Part shown: positions 19,400-29,520 of the stretch, in pieces
How positions within the stretch are numbered: position 1 is the stretch's first letter
Layout: every line of letters begins with the position of its first letter
DNA from: Treponemataceae bacterium
GTDB lineage: Bacteria; Spirochaetota; Spirochaetia; Treponematales; Rectinemataceae
Assembly (NCBI GenBank): GCA_963677895.2
Contig: CAXXGJ010000021.1
Coordinates: 1-64,000 of the forward strand
Direction of reading: 5' to 3'
Length of the DNA stretch: 64,000 bases
The notes under the pieces: model-generated
Told to the model about the DNA's origin: nothing
What the model saw: only the letters and a program-made list of their open reading frames with translations
Database searches by the model: none
Program-made: the position numbers and the translations under genes

Positions 19400-21373
19400 A
19401 TGCCTAAAAAGAACGCAAACTGGAATCGCAAATCCGGGCTTCGCCCTACTCAGGGCAATAAAGTCCCAGCAAAGGGCACGGGGCCATTCGGCGGCTTTCA
19501 GCTGAAGTTTTCCTTCAGCTATATCATCGTCACGCTCATCCTCGTAAGCCTTTTCAATTACCTCTTGTTCAGGACCGATAATACGCTCGTCCCCTATTCC
19601 ACGTTCAAGGACAAGGTCGAAAATGGCGAGATAAAGCGCGTCGAAATCGACATGAACTATTTTACGGGGTATACCGACGCGAACACGCAGGAACCTTCCT
19701 CGCCCTTCCCCGCTTCCACGAAGACCGGCGTCGTCTATAAGGCCGTTCCCGTCGACGATCCTCAGTTTACCGCTCTTCTCGACGAGAAGAAAATTGTCTA
19801 TTCCGCCTCCCCGAAGGAAGGCAGCACCATCCTTTCCCTCATACTCAACTGGATTTTGCCCTTTGGCCTCATGTTCTTCGTCTGGCGCCTCGTCATGAAG
19901 CGTGCCCAGGGAGGCGGCAACTCCAATGTCCTCGCCTTCGGACAGAACAAGGCCACCATCGTGGCTGAAGGTGATATAAAGACTCGTTTCGTCGATGTGG
20001 CGGGCGTGGATGAAGCCAAGGCCGAACTGGTGGAGGTCGTCGATTTTCTGAAAAACCCGACGAAGTACACCGATATCGGCGGCAAGATTCCCAAGGGCGT
20101 CCTCCTTGTGGGCCCCCCGGGCACGGGCAAGACTCTGCTGGCCCGCGCCGTGGCCGGCGAGGCCGAGGTGCCTTTCTTCCGCATGAGCGGCGCGGACTTC
20201 GTGGAAATGTTCGTGGGCGTGGGCGCGGCGCGGGTACGCGATCTGTTCCGCCAGGCGAGGGAGAAGGCCCCCTGCATCGTTTTTATAGACGAACTGGACG
20301 CCCTCGGCAAGAGCAGGTCGAGCGGCATGATGGGCGGAAACGACGAAAGGGAACAGACGCTGAACCAGCTTCTCGTCGAGATGGATGGATTCGACGCCAC
20401 TTCGGGTCTCATCATCCTCGCGGCCACGAACCGCCCCGACGTCCTCGATCCCGCGCTTCTGCGTCCCGGAAGGTTCGACAGGCAGGTTCTCGTGGACAGG
20501 CCGGATATGCCCGGCCGCGAGGCCATTCTCAGGATTCACGCGAAAAACATCAAAATGGAAGAATCCGTCGACTTGGCCCGCATCGCGCGCAGCACTCCCG
20601 GTTTCGTCGGGGCCGATCTCGCCAATATCGTGAACGAAGCGGCGCTCCTCGCCGTGCGGGCCGGAAGAAAAAAAGTCCGGCAGGGCGACTTCGACGCGGC
20701 TATCGAGAAAGTGATAGCCGGGCTCGAAAAGAAGACCAAAGTCATCAATGTCAAGGAAAGAAAGGTGATCGCGTTCCATGAGACGGGTCATGCGGTGACG
20801 GCCGCCTTTACCCCGGGCAGCGATCCGGTCAAGAAGGTATCCATCGTGCCGAGGGGCTATGGAGCCTTGGGGTATACCCTGCAGATGCCCATCGAGGATC
20901 GCTATGTCGTGAGCGAGGAAGAGCTCCTGAGCCAGATCGACGTGCTCCTGGGAGGACGCGCCGCCGAACAGATCGTATTCGGCTCCATCTCTACCGGCGC
21001 GGCCAACGACATCACCAGGGCTACCGATATCGCCCGCAGGATGATCGTCGATTTCGGCATGTCGGAAAGGTTCAGGCATGTGGCCCTCACCAGGAAGGGC
21101 CAGGCTTTCGGCGGCGCCCAGGTTCCCGAGCCCTTCATGGCCAGGGAGTACAGCGAGGATACCCAAAAATACGTGGATGAGGAGATTGCGAGAATCATCG
21201 CGGCCCGCTATGATGGCGTGGTCGCCCTTCTAGGCTCCAAACGCGATCTGATCGAAAAGGTCGCGGGAATCCTTCTGGAAAAGGAAGTCATCGAAGAGGC
21301 GGAATTCCTTGCTCTCACCTCCGAACAAGGTGGGAACGGCTCTCCTGAAAACCTGGAGAGCATCCGACCATGA
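19400..21373 (+). CDS. ftsH: ATP-dependent Zn metalloprotease FtsH
   Basis: Two [34 protein letters not shown]. Confidence 0.95.
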   Translation: MPKKNANWNRKSGLRPTQGNKVPAKGTGPFGGFQLKFSFSYIIVTLILVSLFNYLLFRTDNTLVPYSTFKDKVENGEIKRVEIDMNYFTGYTDANTQEPSSPFPASTKTGVVYKAVPVDDPQFTALLDEKKIVYSASPKEGSTILSLILNWILPFGLMFFVWRLVMKRAQGGGNSNVLAFGQNKATIVAEGDIKTRFVDVAGVDEAKAELVEVVDFLKNPTKYTDIGGKIPKGVLLVGPPGTGKTLLARAVAGEAEVPFFRMSGADFVEMFVGVGAARVRDLFRQAREKAPCIVFIDELDALGKSRSSGMMGGNDEREQTLNQLLVEMDGFDATSGLIILAATNRPDVLDPALLRPGRFDRQVLVDRPDMPGREAILRIHAKNIKMEESVDLARIARSTPGFVGADLANIVNEAALLAVRAGRKKVRQGDFDAAIEKVIAGLEKKTKVINVKERKVIAFHETGHAVTAAFTPGSDPVKKVSIVPRGYGALGYTLQMPIEDRYVVSEEELLSQIDVLLGGRAAEQIVFGSISTGAANDITRATDIARRMIVDFGMSERFRHVALTRKGQAFGGAQVPEPFMAREYSEDTQKYVDEEIARIIAARYDGVVALLGSKRDLIEKVAGILLEKEVIEEAEFLALTSEQGGNGSPENLESIRP

Positions 21374-21385
21374 CAGGATTTCCCG

Positions 21386-22729
21386 ATGCAGATTTTCCTC
21401 TTTGCCTACGCGTTAATTCTCCTAGCCGTCGCTTTTTTTTCGTCACGCAGACAGGATAGCTTCCAGAATTTCGTGCTGGCGGGAAGAAACCAGCCGAGGA
21501 TACTGATCATCGGATCCATGCTGGCTTCCACGATAGGCGGAGGACTTACCTTGGGGACGGTGAGCAAGGCATACAGCCTTGGATTTCCGGCCTTCTGGTT
21601 CGTCGCGTCCGGAGCCGCCGCGCATCTCATCCAAGGATTTTTTCTTTCCGAGAAAGTAAGAAAAACCGAAGCCTTGACGCTGCCGGACCTCGCGGCGAAA
21701 CTCTCTTCCCCGGCCGTCAAGCGGTTGACGGGCATCATCATCGTGCTGACATGGACAGGCATCGCCGCTGGGCAATTTTTGGCGGCGAGCAAAGTTGTCT
21801 CATCCATCACCGGGCTTTCCCATCAATGGGCCGTCATCGCCTCGGCTTCATTCCTCGTGATCTACACCATCATGGGAGGGCAGCGATCGATTCTCCGCAC
21901 CGATCTTTTCCAGTTTGGCATCCTCGCGATCGCCGTTCTGGCCGCCTGCGGATGGCTTTTCGGAACAAGACCCACGTCCATCGCCTCCCTCGATATACAT
22001 CTTTTCACCGCCCAGTTCGGAGTCCTGGATCTGTTGTATTATCTCGTCGTGGTCGCCGGATCCTACCTGATCTGCCCCATGATGTTCGGGCGGATTCTTT
22101 CGTCCGATTCCCCCGCTTCCGCCAGAAAGGCCTCTTACACGAGCGCCTTGGGGATGCTGATCTTCGCCGTCGCCATCACCTCGATAGGGCTCTGGGCCAG
22201 GGCTTCGGGCCTCGACTTCGGCGGCGCCGACCCCTTGAACGCCATGATCGGTTCGGTTTTCCCCTCCTGGCTGTCCTTTCTCATGGTGTTCGGGATTCTG
22301 GCCGCCATCCTTTCGACGGCCGACACAGTTCTCCTCACCGCCGCGGGAATCTTCGAGCACGACGTGCTGGGCGGATCTTCGCTCTATCGAACACAAGCCT
22401 GGGTCGGCATCATCGCTTCTTTCGCCGCCATCACCGCGCTTTACAAGACCGACATCGTCGATCTCCTCCTGGAAACCTACCAAGGCTACACGTCGGGCAT
22501 CGTCCCCGCTCTCTTCATTGCCCTCGTCGTCAGCGGAAAGAAACGAATTCGGAGCGGCTTCCTTTTTGCTGCCATTTCCTGCGGATATGGGCTGGGTCTG
22601 GCCGGAAACCTGTTCGCGGGGGGCATGACGCAAAAACTGATGGCCTTCGCCGGCATCATCGTGTCGAGCCTCATCACCATCGCGGGACTGAAGCCCATTT
22701 CCTCGGCTGCCGATATCGAGGGTCGCTGA
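21386..22729 (+). CDS. Sodium:solute symporter family protein
   Basis: FVLAGR, TLPD, MGGQRS..TD.FQ, AAILSTAD; about 13 TM. Confidence 0.85.
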   Translation: MQIFLFAYALILLAVAFFSSRRQDSFQNFVLAGRNQPRILIIGSMLASTIGGGLTLGTVSKAYSLGFPAFWFVASGAAAHLIQGFFLSEKVRKTEALTLPDLAAKLSSPAVKRLTGIIIVLTWTGIAAGQFLAASKVVSSITGLSHQWAVIASASFLVIYTIMGGQRSILRTDLFQFGILAIAVLAACGWLFGTRPTSIASLDIHLFTAQFGVLDLLYYLVVVAGSYLICPMMFGRILSSDSPASARKASYTSALGMLIFAVAITSIGLWARASGLDFGGADPLNAMIGSVFPSWLSFLMVFGILAAILSTADTVLLTAAGIFEHDVLGGSSLYRTQAWVGIIASFAAITALYKTDIVDLLLETYQGYTSGIVPALFIALVVSGKKRIRSGFLFAAISCGYGLGLAGNLFAGGMTQKLMAFAGIIVSSLITIAGLKPISSAADIEGR

Positions 22730-22739
22730 CGTCTTCAAT

Positions 22740-22819
22740 TTGACATTATTCGTCTTATTGACATGATAGCTCCATTCATGGTCAAATCTCCTGCATGACA
22801 GTTTTACATTTTTTGTCAT
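22740..22819 (+). promoter_or_regulatory. fabH promoter region with inverted repeats (candidate operator)
   Basis: Two TTGACA boxes (22740, 22758); ATGACA-N13-TGTCAT at 22795-22819. Confidence 0.45.
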
Positions 22820-22836
22820 TTATCAGGAGGTGAACG

Positions 22837-23814
22837 ATGTCCGTTGTCATACGTTCCATCGCGTCATATATTCCGCAGACCAGGGTGTCCAATGAAGAGC
22901 TGGCGGCCAAACTCGAAACCACCGATGAATGGATCCGTTCCCATACGGGCATCGGCGCGCGGCATTTGGCCTCCGAAAACGTGCTGACAAGCGACATGGC
23001 CGCGGAAGCGGCGAAGTCTGCCATGGAGAAAGCCAGGATCGGTCCGCACGACATCGACCTGATTGTCGTGGCCACCGCTACGCCCGATTATTTCGGCTTT
23101 CCGGCGACCGCCTGCATCGTCCAGGAAAAGATCGGCGCCTTCGGCTGCACCGCTTTCGACGTCGTGGCCGGCTGCACTGGCTTCATCTATGCGCTGGACA
23201 TCGCTTCGGCCATGCTCGAGGCCAGGAACGGGCGGCATGCCCTCGTCATAGGCTCTGAACAGCTCTCGAGGATCGTGGACTGGAGCGATCGCTCGACGGC
23301 CGTCCTCTTCGGCGACGGCGCGGGCGCAGCGGTTATATCCCGCATCGACGAGCCGGGCCGCGGCTGTCTTTCTTTCCTGCTGGGAGCCGACGGCTCCGGC
23401 GCGAAGGATCTTTTCCTCGTCCAGTCGCCCAGGACCGACGCCTACGCAAGGTCGACTCCGACCGTTCCCGTGATTTCGATGAACGGCAAGAATGTATACA
23501 ACTTCGCCGTCAAATCCATCACCGTGCTCATAGAACGCATCATGCACGCCACCGTGTACAAGCTTGAGGACTTTTCCTGGATCATCCCGCACCAGGCGAA
23601 CGAGCGCATCGTGCAGGCCGCCGGCAAGCGTTTCGGCATTCCGCCTGAAAAGTTCTATCTGAATATGGAAGAATATGCCAACACTTCATCGGCGAGCATT
23701 CCGCTTGCCCTGGCGGAGATGGACAGCAAGGGTCTTCTGAAAACGAACGATCTCATAATGCTTTTAGGCTTTGGCGCGGGGCTCACCTATGGCGCCGCCG
23801 TAATACGCTGGTAG
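22837..23814 (+). CDS. fabH: 3-oxoacyl-ACP synthase III
   Basis: AGCTGF, FGDGAGA, PHQAN, NTSSASIP, GFGAGLT. Confidence 0.95.
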   Translation: MSVVIRSIASYIPQTRVSNEELAAKLETTDEWIRSHTGIGARHLASENVLTSDMAAEAAKSAMEKARIGPHDIDLIVVATATPDYFGFPATACIVQEKIGAFGCTAFDVVAGCTGFIYALDIASAMLEARNGRHALVIGSEQLSRIVDWSDRSTAVLFGDGAGAAVISRIDEPGRGCLSFLLGADGSGAKDLFLVQSPRTDAYARSTPTVPVISMNGKNVYNFAVKSITVLIERIMHATVYKLEDFSWIIPHQANERIVQAAGKRFGIPPEKFYLNMEEYANTSSASIPLALAEMDSKGLLKTNDLIMLLGFGAGLTYGAAVIRW

Positions 23815-23825
23815 GAGAAATACAG

Positions 23826-25070
23826 ATGCAGAGAAAAATTGCCGTGACAGGCTTGGGGGTCATCAGCCCCGTCGGGAATGATATGGAAAGCTTCTGGAGC
23901 GCTCTTTTGAGAGGCGAATCGGGCGCCGGTCCGGTTACGCACTTCGATGCCTCGAGGCTCGACTCGCGTATCGCGGCCGAGGTAAAAGGCTTCGATCCCG
24001 GCCTTTGGATGGACAAAAAGGAATCGCGCAAGATGGGGCTTTTTTCCCAGTACGCGGTAGCCGCGTCGGTTCAGGCCTGGAATGATGCCGGATTGACGGA
24101 CTCCAATTGCGATGGTGAAAGGACGGCGATCTGCCTCGGCAACGGGATCGGCGGTCTGGAAGTGTTCCAGGACTCCTATGCCAAGCTGCTGGAATCCGGT
24201 CCCGACAGGATGCCTCCCATGACGGTTCCGCTCATGATAGCCAATGAGGCCGCGGCCAACGTCGCCATGCGCCTCGGAATACGGGGCCCGGCCTATACGC
24301 AGGTGACGGCCTGCGCCTCCGGCACCGACGCCATCGGACAGGCCATCGATCTGATGAGATCGGGACGCGTCGATGTGGTGGTGGCGGGCGGCACCGAAGC
24401 GGCCGTCACCGAGTTCGCGATGGGCGGTTTCTGCCGCCTCAAGGCCTTGACGACGCGATGCAACGACGATCCCACGAAGGCGTCCAGGCCTTTCGACAAG
24501 GACAGGGACGGATTTCTCATCGGCGAAGGCGCCGGCATTCTCATCCTCGAGGATTACGATCGGGCCAAGGCTCGAGGCGCGAAGATCTACGCTTTGGCAT
24601 CGGGCTATGGGGCCACCTGCGACGCTTACCATCTGACAGCCCCCCATCCGGAAGGCATCCAGGGAACCAGGGCCCTTGTCCTGGCCCTCGAAGACGCGGG
24701 CCTGAAGCCTTCGGAAGTCGGCTACTACAACGCCCATGGAACCTCGACCCAGCTCAACGATCCCACGGAAACGGCTATGGTCAAAAAAGCCTTCGGCGAT
24801 GCCGTGAGGCAGCTCAAGATCAGCTCGACGAAGAGCATGACGGGGCATTGCCTGGGCGCCACGGGAGCCATAGAAGCGATTGTCTGCGTCAAGGCCATCG
24901 AGACGGGCTATCTGCCGCCGACGATCAATCTGGACAACCCGGACATCGCCGCGGGCTGCGATCTGGATTACATCCCCAACAAATCCATACATCACCCCGT
25001 GGAAGCGGCGCTGACCGCCTCGCTGGGTTTCGGCGGCCATAACGGCGCGCTGGCATTCAGGCGGGCATAG
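23826..25070 (+). CDS. fabF: 3-oxoacyl-ACP synthase II
   Basis: TACASG, SRPFD..RDGF, NAHGTST, KSMTGHCLGA, GFGGHN. Confidence 0.95.
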   Translation: MQRKIAVTGLGVISPVGNDMESFWSALLRGESGAGPVTHFDASRLDSRIAAEVKGFDPGLWMDKKESRKMGLFSQYAVAASVQAWNDAGLTDSNCDGERTAICLGNGIGGLEVFQDSYAKLLESGPDRMPPMTVPLMIANEAAANVAMRLGIRGPAYTQVTACASGTDAIGQAIDLMRSGRVDVVVAGGTEAAVTEFAMGGFCRLKALTTRCNDDPTKASRPFDKDRDGFLIGEGAGILILEDYDRAKARGAKIYALASGYGATCDAYHLTAPHPEGIQGTRALVLALEDAGLKPSEVGYYNAHGTSTQLNDPTETAMVKKAFGDAVRQLKISSTKSMTGHCLGATGAIEAIVCVKAIETGYLPPTINLDNPDIAAGCDLDYIPNKSIHHPVEAALTASLGFGGHNGALAFRRA

Positions 25071-25084
25071 GGCGGCGTGGCGCC

Positions 25085-25245
25085 GCGGAATGCATGGAGC
25101 CCCGCGGCTGCGGAATGCATGGAGCCGCGTTCTATTGTGCATGGAAGCGCGGCGCTCGGCGCCGCAGCCATTGTACATAGAGCCGCGGCGCCAGCCGAAC
25201 GGCGCGGAATACGCTGGAACGCGCTAGATCGCGCAGGATCGCGCG
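25085..25245. repeat. Degenerate intergenic direct repeats between fabF and fabZ
   Basis: GCGGAATGCATGGAGCC at 25085 and 25110; ATTGT(G/A)CAT(G/A)GA(A/G)(G/C)CGCGGCGC at 25134 and 25170; four 10-mers at 25206-25245. Confidence 0.7.
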
Positions 25246-25341
25246 CCTTCTTTTCAGGATGGCGCCGCATACATTATAATCTCGGTAGGTTTTACGCTCC
25301 GCTCGGTTCGGCGAGCGTCGATACTACAAAAGGCTGAACAC

Positions 25342-25761
25342 ATGGAAAACATAGAGTCGTACCTTCCTCATCGCCCTCCTTTTCTTTTTATCGATGACGC
25401 AAGCATCGACGGGACGACAATTATCGCTTCGAGAACGTATAAATCGGACGACTGGTTCTTTAAAGGACATTTTCCGGCCTACCCTGTAGTGCCCGGAGTG
25501 CTCCTCATCGAGGCCCTGGCCCAGGCCGGCGGCGTTGGGGCAAAGCTGCTCGGTATAAAGCCGAAGGGGCTCTTTGTCCTGGCCAAGATTCGACAGGCGA
25601 CATTCAGGCGCCAGGTTAAGCCCGGCGACAAGCTCGACATGGAAGTCGTCAACCTAAAATCCAGCGGACTTGTCCTTCATCAGAGGGGCGTAGGCAAGGT
25701 CGACGGAGAAATAGCCGTCGAAGCCGAATGGATAGCCATGGCAACGGAGGTTCCGGAATGA
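25342..25761 (+). CDS. fabZ: 3-hydroxyacyl-ACP dehydratase
   Basis: LPHRPPFLFID, FKGHFP..PVVPGVLLIEALAQ. Confidence 0.95.
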   Translation: MENIESYLPHRPPFLFIDDASIDGTTIIASRTYKSDDWFFKGHFPAYPVVPGVLLIEALAQAGGVGAKLLGIKPKGLFVLAKIRQATFRRQVKPGDKLDMEVVNLKSSGLVLHQRGVGKVDGEIAVEAEWIAMATEVPE

Positions 25762-26960
25762 AAATCGCCCCGATGGTGAGAAACAACATTTTCCTCAACG
25801 CTCACCCCGAAGGCTGCGCCAAGGTCGTACGGCTCCAGATCGCGCAGGCCGCGGGGCTCAAAGCCAAGATCGACGCGGCCAGGGCTTCGAATCAGCGACT
25901 CCCGAGGAACGTGCTCGTGATAGGGGCATCCACTGGATATGGCCTCGCTTCGAGAATCGTGGCAGGCTTCGCGTACGGGGCGTCCACCGTGGGTTTTTCC
26001 TACGAAAAAGAACCGGGCGCCGCGAAAACGGCCTCGCCCGGCTGGTACGCGAACAGAAGCTTCGACAGCGAAGCCGCGAAGCTCGGGCTTTTCGCGAAAA
26101 CGTTCAATATCGACGCCTTTTCCGATGAAGCTAAAAATCTAGCCATCGCGACGGCCCGCTCAGGCGGTTTCGCCTACGATCTCGTCATCTATTCCCTGGC
26201 AAGCCCCGTGCGCGTCGATCCCGTTACGGGCGTTATGTACCGCTCGGTGATCAAACCGATCGGAAGGGACTATACGGGCAAGACGGCGGACGTTTTTACC
26301 GGCAAGATAAGCGAAGCCCACGTGCAGCCCGCCGACGAAAAGGAAATCGAGGAAACCGTCAAAGTCATGGGCGGCGAGGATTGGAGCCTCTGGCTGGAAG
26401 CCCTCGACGCCGCGAAGGTCCTCGAGAAGAACTCCATCACGGTGGCCTATTCCTATCTCGGCCCGCCCCTTTCCTGGCCAATTTACAGGGATGGAACCAT
26501 AGGCCGCGCCAAATCGCATCTTGAAAAAAGCGCCCGCGACATCGCGGCACGGCACAAAGCATCGGGCCTGCGGGCATTTGTCTCCATAAACAAGGCCGTG
26601 GTAACCCGCGCGTCGGCCGTCATACCCATCATTCCGCTCTATGTCTCCACCCTGTTCAAAGTGATGAAGGAAAGAAATATCCACGAGGATTGCCTGGACC
26701 AGATGCAGAGACTTTTCATGGAAAGGCTCTATGTCAGGGACGGAACGACAGTGCCGATCGATGAGGAAGGCAGGATAAGACTGGACGAACTGGAAATGGG
26801 CGCGGCCGTCCAGGAAGATGTCTCGACCCGTCTGGCGAAAATAAACGAAGCCAACCTGAACGACCTTACCGACATAGAAGGATTCCGACGCGACTTCCTT
26901 CAGGCCCATGGTTTCGCCGTCCCGGGCATCGATTATGACGCGGAAGTCGACCCTCTCTGA
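25758..26960 (+). CDS. fabV: Enoyl-ACP reductase FabV / trans-2-enoyl-CoA reductase
   Basis: NAHPEGC, GASTGYGLASR, YSLASP, VMGGEDW, YRDGTIGRAK; ATG 25758 overlaps the fabZ stop, SD GGAGG. Confidence 0.93.
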   Translation: MKIAPMVRNNIFLNAHPEGCAKVVRLQIAQAAGLKAKIDAARASNQRLPRNVLVIGASTGYGLASRIVAGFAYGASTVGFSYEKEPGAAKTASPGWYANRSFDSEAAKLGLFAKTFNIDAFSDEAKNLAIATARSGGFAYDLVIYSLASPVRVDPVTGVMYRSVIKPIGRDYTGKTADVFTGKISEAHVQPADEKEIEETVKVMGGEDWSLWLEALDAAKVLEKNSITVAYSYLGPPLSWPIYRDGTIGRAKSHLEKSARDIAARHKASGLRAFVSINKAVVTRASAVIPIIPLYVSTLFKVMKERNIHEDCLDQMQRLFMERLYVRDGTTVPIDEEGRIRLDELEMGAAVQEDVSTRLAKINEANLNDLTDIEGFRRDFLQAHGFAVPGIDYDAEVDPL

Positions 26961-27697
26961 TGAACATAGTCTATCTTGAAGAGAAAGAAATTGGCGTTCT
27001 GCTTCCCCGGAGCGACCGACGCTGCGAGCACGTGGCGCGGATTCTCAGGAAGACACAGGGCGATATCCTGGCCGCGGGCTGTTCCGACGGCACGCTGGGC
27101 CAGGCCAGGATCGAATTTCTCTCGCGGGACGGCCTCATCCTTTCCTATTCGGCGCAATCGCAGGCGCCGGCGCTCCGGCCGGTGCGGCTTCTCATGGGCT
27201 TTCCGCGGCCTATTCAGGCCGGCCGCATACTCAAGGATCTCACGAGCCTCGGCATAGCGGAAATCTGGTTCGCCCTCTCCGATTTAGGAGAGAAATCTTA
27301 CGCCGAATCCACTTTTTTCAAGGACAGGGAATACGGAACCCACCTCATCGAAGGGGCCGAGCAGGCAGGCAATCCCCGCCTGCCCGCTATCAGCAGCTTC
27401 TGGAGCATCGACAGAGCCTGCGTCGCGCTCGAACAAACAGACGCGGCCGGCGCCCAATCTTCATCGCGGCTCATGTTCCATCCCGACCCCGCGCGGCCAA
27501 GGATAGCGGAACTTCCATCGCTGACAGCCCCGACGACACTCGCCATAGGAAGCGAGCGGGGATGGACCGTGAGGGAGGTGAATTTGCTCGCCTCCCATGG
27601 GTTTACGGCCTGCTACCTTGGAGATCGCATACTTAAAACGGAGACGGCGGCCATGGCCGCCGTCTCGATCATCCTTTCACGTCTGGGCTATATGTAA
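26960..27697 (+). CDS. rsmE: 16S rRNA m3U1498 methyltransferase
   Basis: HVARILR, GAEQAG, IGSERGW, LGDRILKTETA. Confidence 0.85.
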   Translation: MNIVYLEEKEIGVLLPRSDRRCEHVARILRKTQGDILAAGCSDGTLGQARIEFLSRDGLILSYSAQSQAPALRPVRLLMGFPRPIQAGRILKDLTSLGIAEIWFALSDLGEKSYAESTFFKDREYGTHLIEGAEQAGNPRLPAISSFWSIDRACVALEQTDAAGAQSSSRLMFHPDPARPRIAELPSLTAPTTLAIGSERGWTVREVNLLASHGFTACYLGDRILKTETAAMAAVSIILSRLGYM

Positions 27698-27701
27698 TTC
27701 C

Positions 27702-29504
27702 CTACAGCTTCAACAGTCCTTTGAGAGCCCTCACATCGTTGGCGAATCTGGCGCATGCAAGCTGGACCGGCTCAGGGGAAGACATATCCACGCCGGCCAC
27801 CTTCAATGCCTCGATGGGGAATCTCGAGCCTCCCGATTTGAGGAAGGCGAAATAATCGTTTTTCTCGGCCTCTCCTCCGTTCAAAACCCGCTCCGAGAGC
27901 GCGATGCTGGCGGAAATGCCGGTGGAATATTTGTACACATAAAAAGCGTTGTAGAAATGAGGAATGCGCAAGCCCTCCAAGTCGGAGACCGATTCGAATT
28001 TCATCCTCGGCCCGAAATACTTTTCCAGAAGCTTCCTGTACTCGGCCCTGAGCGAATCGACGGTCAAAGCCTGTCCTGCTTCGGCCATGGCATGGGTCAC
28101 CTGTTCGTATTCCGCGAACATGGTCTGCCTGAACAAGGTTCCCAGCGTATCGTCGATTCTGTTGGCCAGGAGGGAAATCCTGGCATCGTCGGATGCCGCG
28201 TGCTCGTAGAGATATTTAAACACTAGCTGCTCGTTGAAAGTGCTGGCGACCTCGGCCTCGAATATCGTGTACGAATAGCACATGAAAGGATTGTTGCGCA
28301 TCGAATACCAGGAATGCATCGAATGCCCGCCCTCATGCGCCATGGTAAAGATATCGTTGAGGACATTCTCCTTGTAGTTGAGGAGGATGTAGGGTTCGCC
28401 GGAGAAACTGCCCGCGGAGAAGGCGCCCGAACGTTTGCCCTTGTTCTCGTATCGATCCACCCAGCCGCCCAAAAGCCCGGCCTTCAGCGTGGCGACATAT
28501 TCCTCGCCGAGCGGCGCGAGCGACGCCGCCACGATTTCCACCGCCTCGTCATAGCTATGTCTGCTGGTCTTCTGTTTTACGATGGGAACATAGACATCGT
28601 AATGCCTGAGTTCTTCTAGGCCGAGGGCGCGCCTCCTGAGGTCGTAATACTCGTGGAGAACAGGCAGATTGGCGTTGATGGTGCCTACGAGGTTGTCGTA
28701 AACGGATTCGGGGACCTTGTCGGGGAAGAGAGCCTGCTCCCTGGCGCTCCCGAAGCTCCGCACCTGAGCCTGGTACTTGTCGAGCTTGACGGAGCCGGCG
28801 TAAAGACTGGCCAGTGTTGTCTTGTGCCGATCATAGGCTCCATAGAACTTCATATAAGCTTTTCTTCGGATTTCCCTGTCCTGGTTGCGCATGAACGCGG
28901 AAAAGGTCGATTGGCTCAAGGGAAGAAGCCCCTCGTCCGTCCTTATCCTGCCGAAAGAGAGATCGACATTGGTGAGAATCCCGAAGGTTTCCTGGGCTAT
29001 ATGGTTGGTCTCAGCCTGCATGGCGAGCAGCCTTTCCTCTTTTTCCGAAAGAATATGCGGCTTGAAACGAATCAGCTTTTTCAGGAATACGCTAAAGTCG
29101 GCGAACCGGGTATCGGCGAAGCAGGAATCCAGGAAGGCTTCGGGAAGCGCCTGGATGGAAGGAGTGAGCCATGCCCATGCGGCCTGTCCCGCGGTGGCGA
29201 TGCCGATATAGCGAGCGTAGCGGCCGCGCGCGTCGCTATCGCCTTCATCCTCCGTAACCCTGAGATCCGAATAATATGCCAGCCTTTCATCGAGGCGGAG
29301 ATACTCATCGTAGCGTGAAAGGAGGGCGAGAAAATCGTCTCTCGAAGCGGAAAACTTCGTTCTCAGGCTCTCGATGCCTGCCTGCATGCCCGCCAGCTTT
29401 TCCAGCCCTTTCTCCCAGGCATCGTCCGAGGGGAATAGTTTGGAAAGATTCCATCGATCCGTAAGAGGCACTTCGCCGCGTCTGGGGATGTCGTGAGTGG
29501 CCAA
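27702..29504 (-). CDS. pepF: Oligoendopeptidase F (M3B)
   Basis: GKRSGAFS, HEGGHSMH, AEVAST, RIPHFY; TTG start with SD AAGGAG. Confidence 0.93.
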   Translation of the reverse strand: MATHDIPRRGEVPLTDRWNLSKLFPSDDAWEKGLEKLAGMQAGIESLRTKFSASRDDFLALLSRYDEYLRLDERLAYYSDLRVTEDEGDSDARGRYARYIGIATAGQAAWAWLTPSIQALPEAFLDSCFADTRFADFSVFLKKLIRFKPHILSEKEERLLAMQAETNHIAQETFGILTNVDLSFGRIRTDEGLLPLSQSTFSAFMRNQDREIRRKAYMKFYGAYDRHKTTLASLYAGSVKLDKYQAQVRSFGSAREQALFPDKVPESVYDNLVGTINANLPVLHEYYDLRRRALGLEELRHYDVYVPIVKQKTSRHSYDEAVEIVAASLAPLGEEYVATLKAGLLGGWVDRYENKGKRSGAFSAGSFSGEPYILLNYKENVLNDIFTMAHEGGHSMHSWYSMRNNPFMCYSYTIFEAEVASTFNEQLVFKYLYEHAASDDARISLLANRIDDTLGTLFRQTMFAEYEQVTHAMAEAGQALTVDSLRAEYRKLLEKYFGPRMKFESVSDLEGLRIPHFYNAFYVYKYSTGISASIALSERVLNGGEAEKNDYFAFLKSGGSRFPIEALKVAGVDMSSPEPVQLACARFANDVRALKGLLKL

Positions 29505-29520
29505 TGAATTCTCCTTGTCG

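Noticed and set aside
19376..21166. 596-aa ORF antisense to ftsH
   Set aside because: Shadow ORF produced by high-GC codon bias on the coding strand; no recognisable motifs
25077..25337. 86-aa ORF, or a CRISPR array, in the fabF-fabZ gap
   Set aside because: The ORF is low-complexity translation of repeats; the repeats are irregular, lack unique 30-40 bp spacers and have no cas genes
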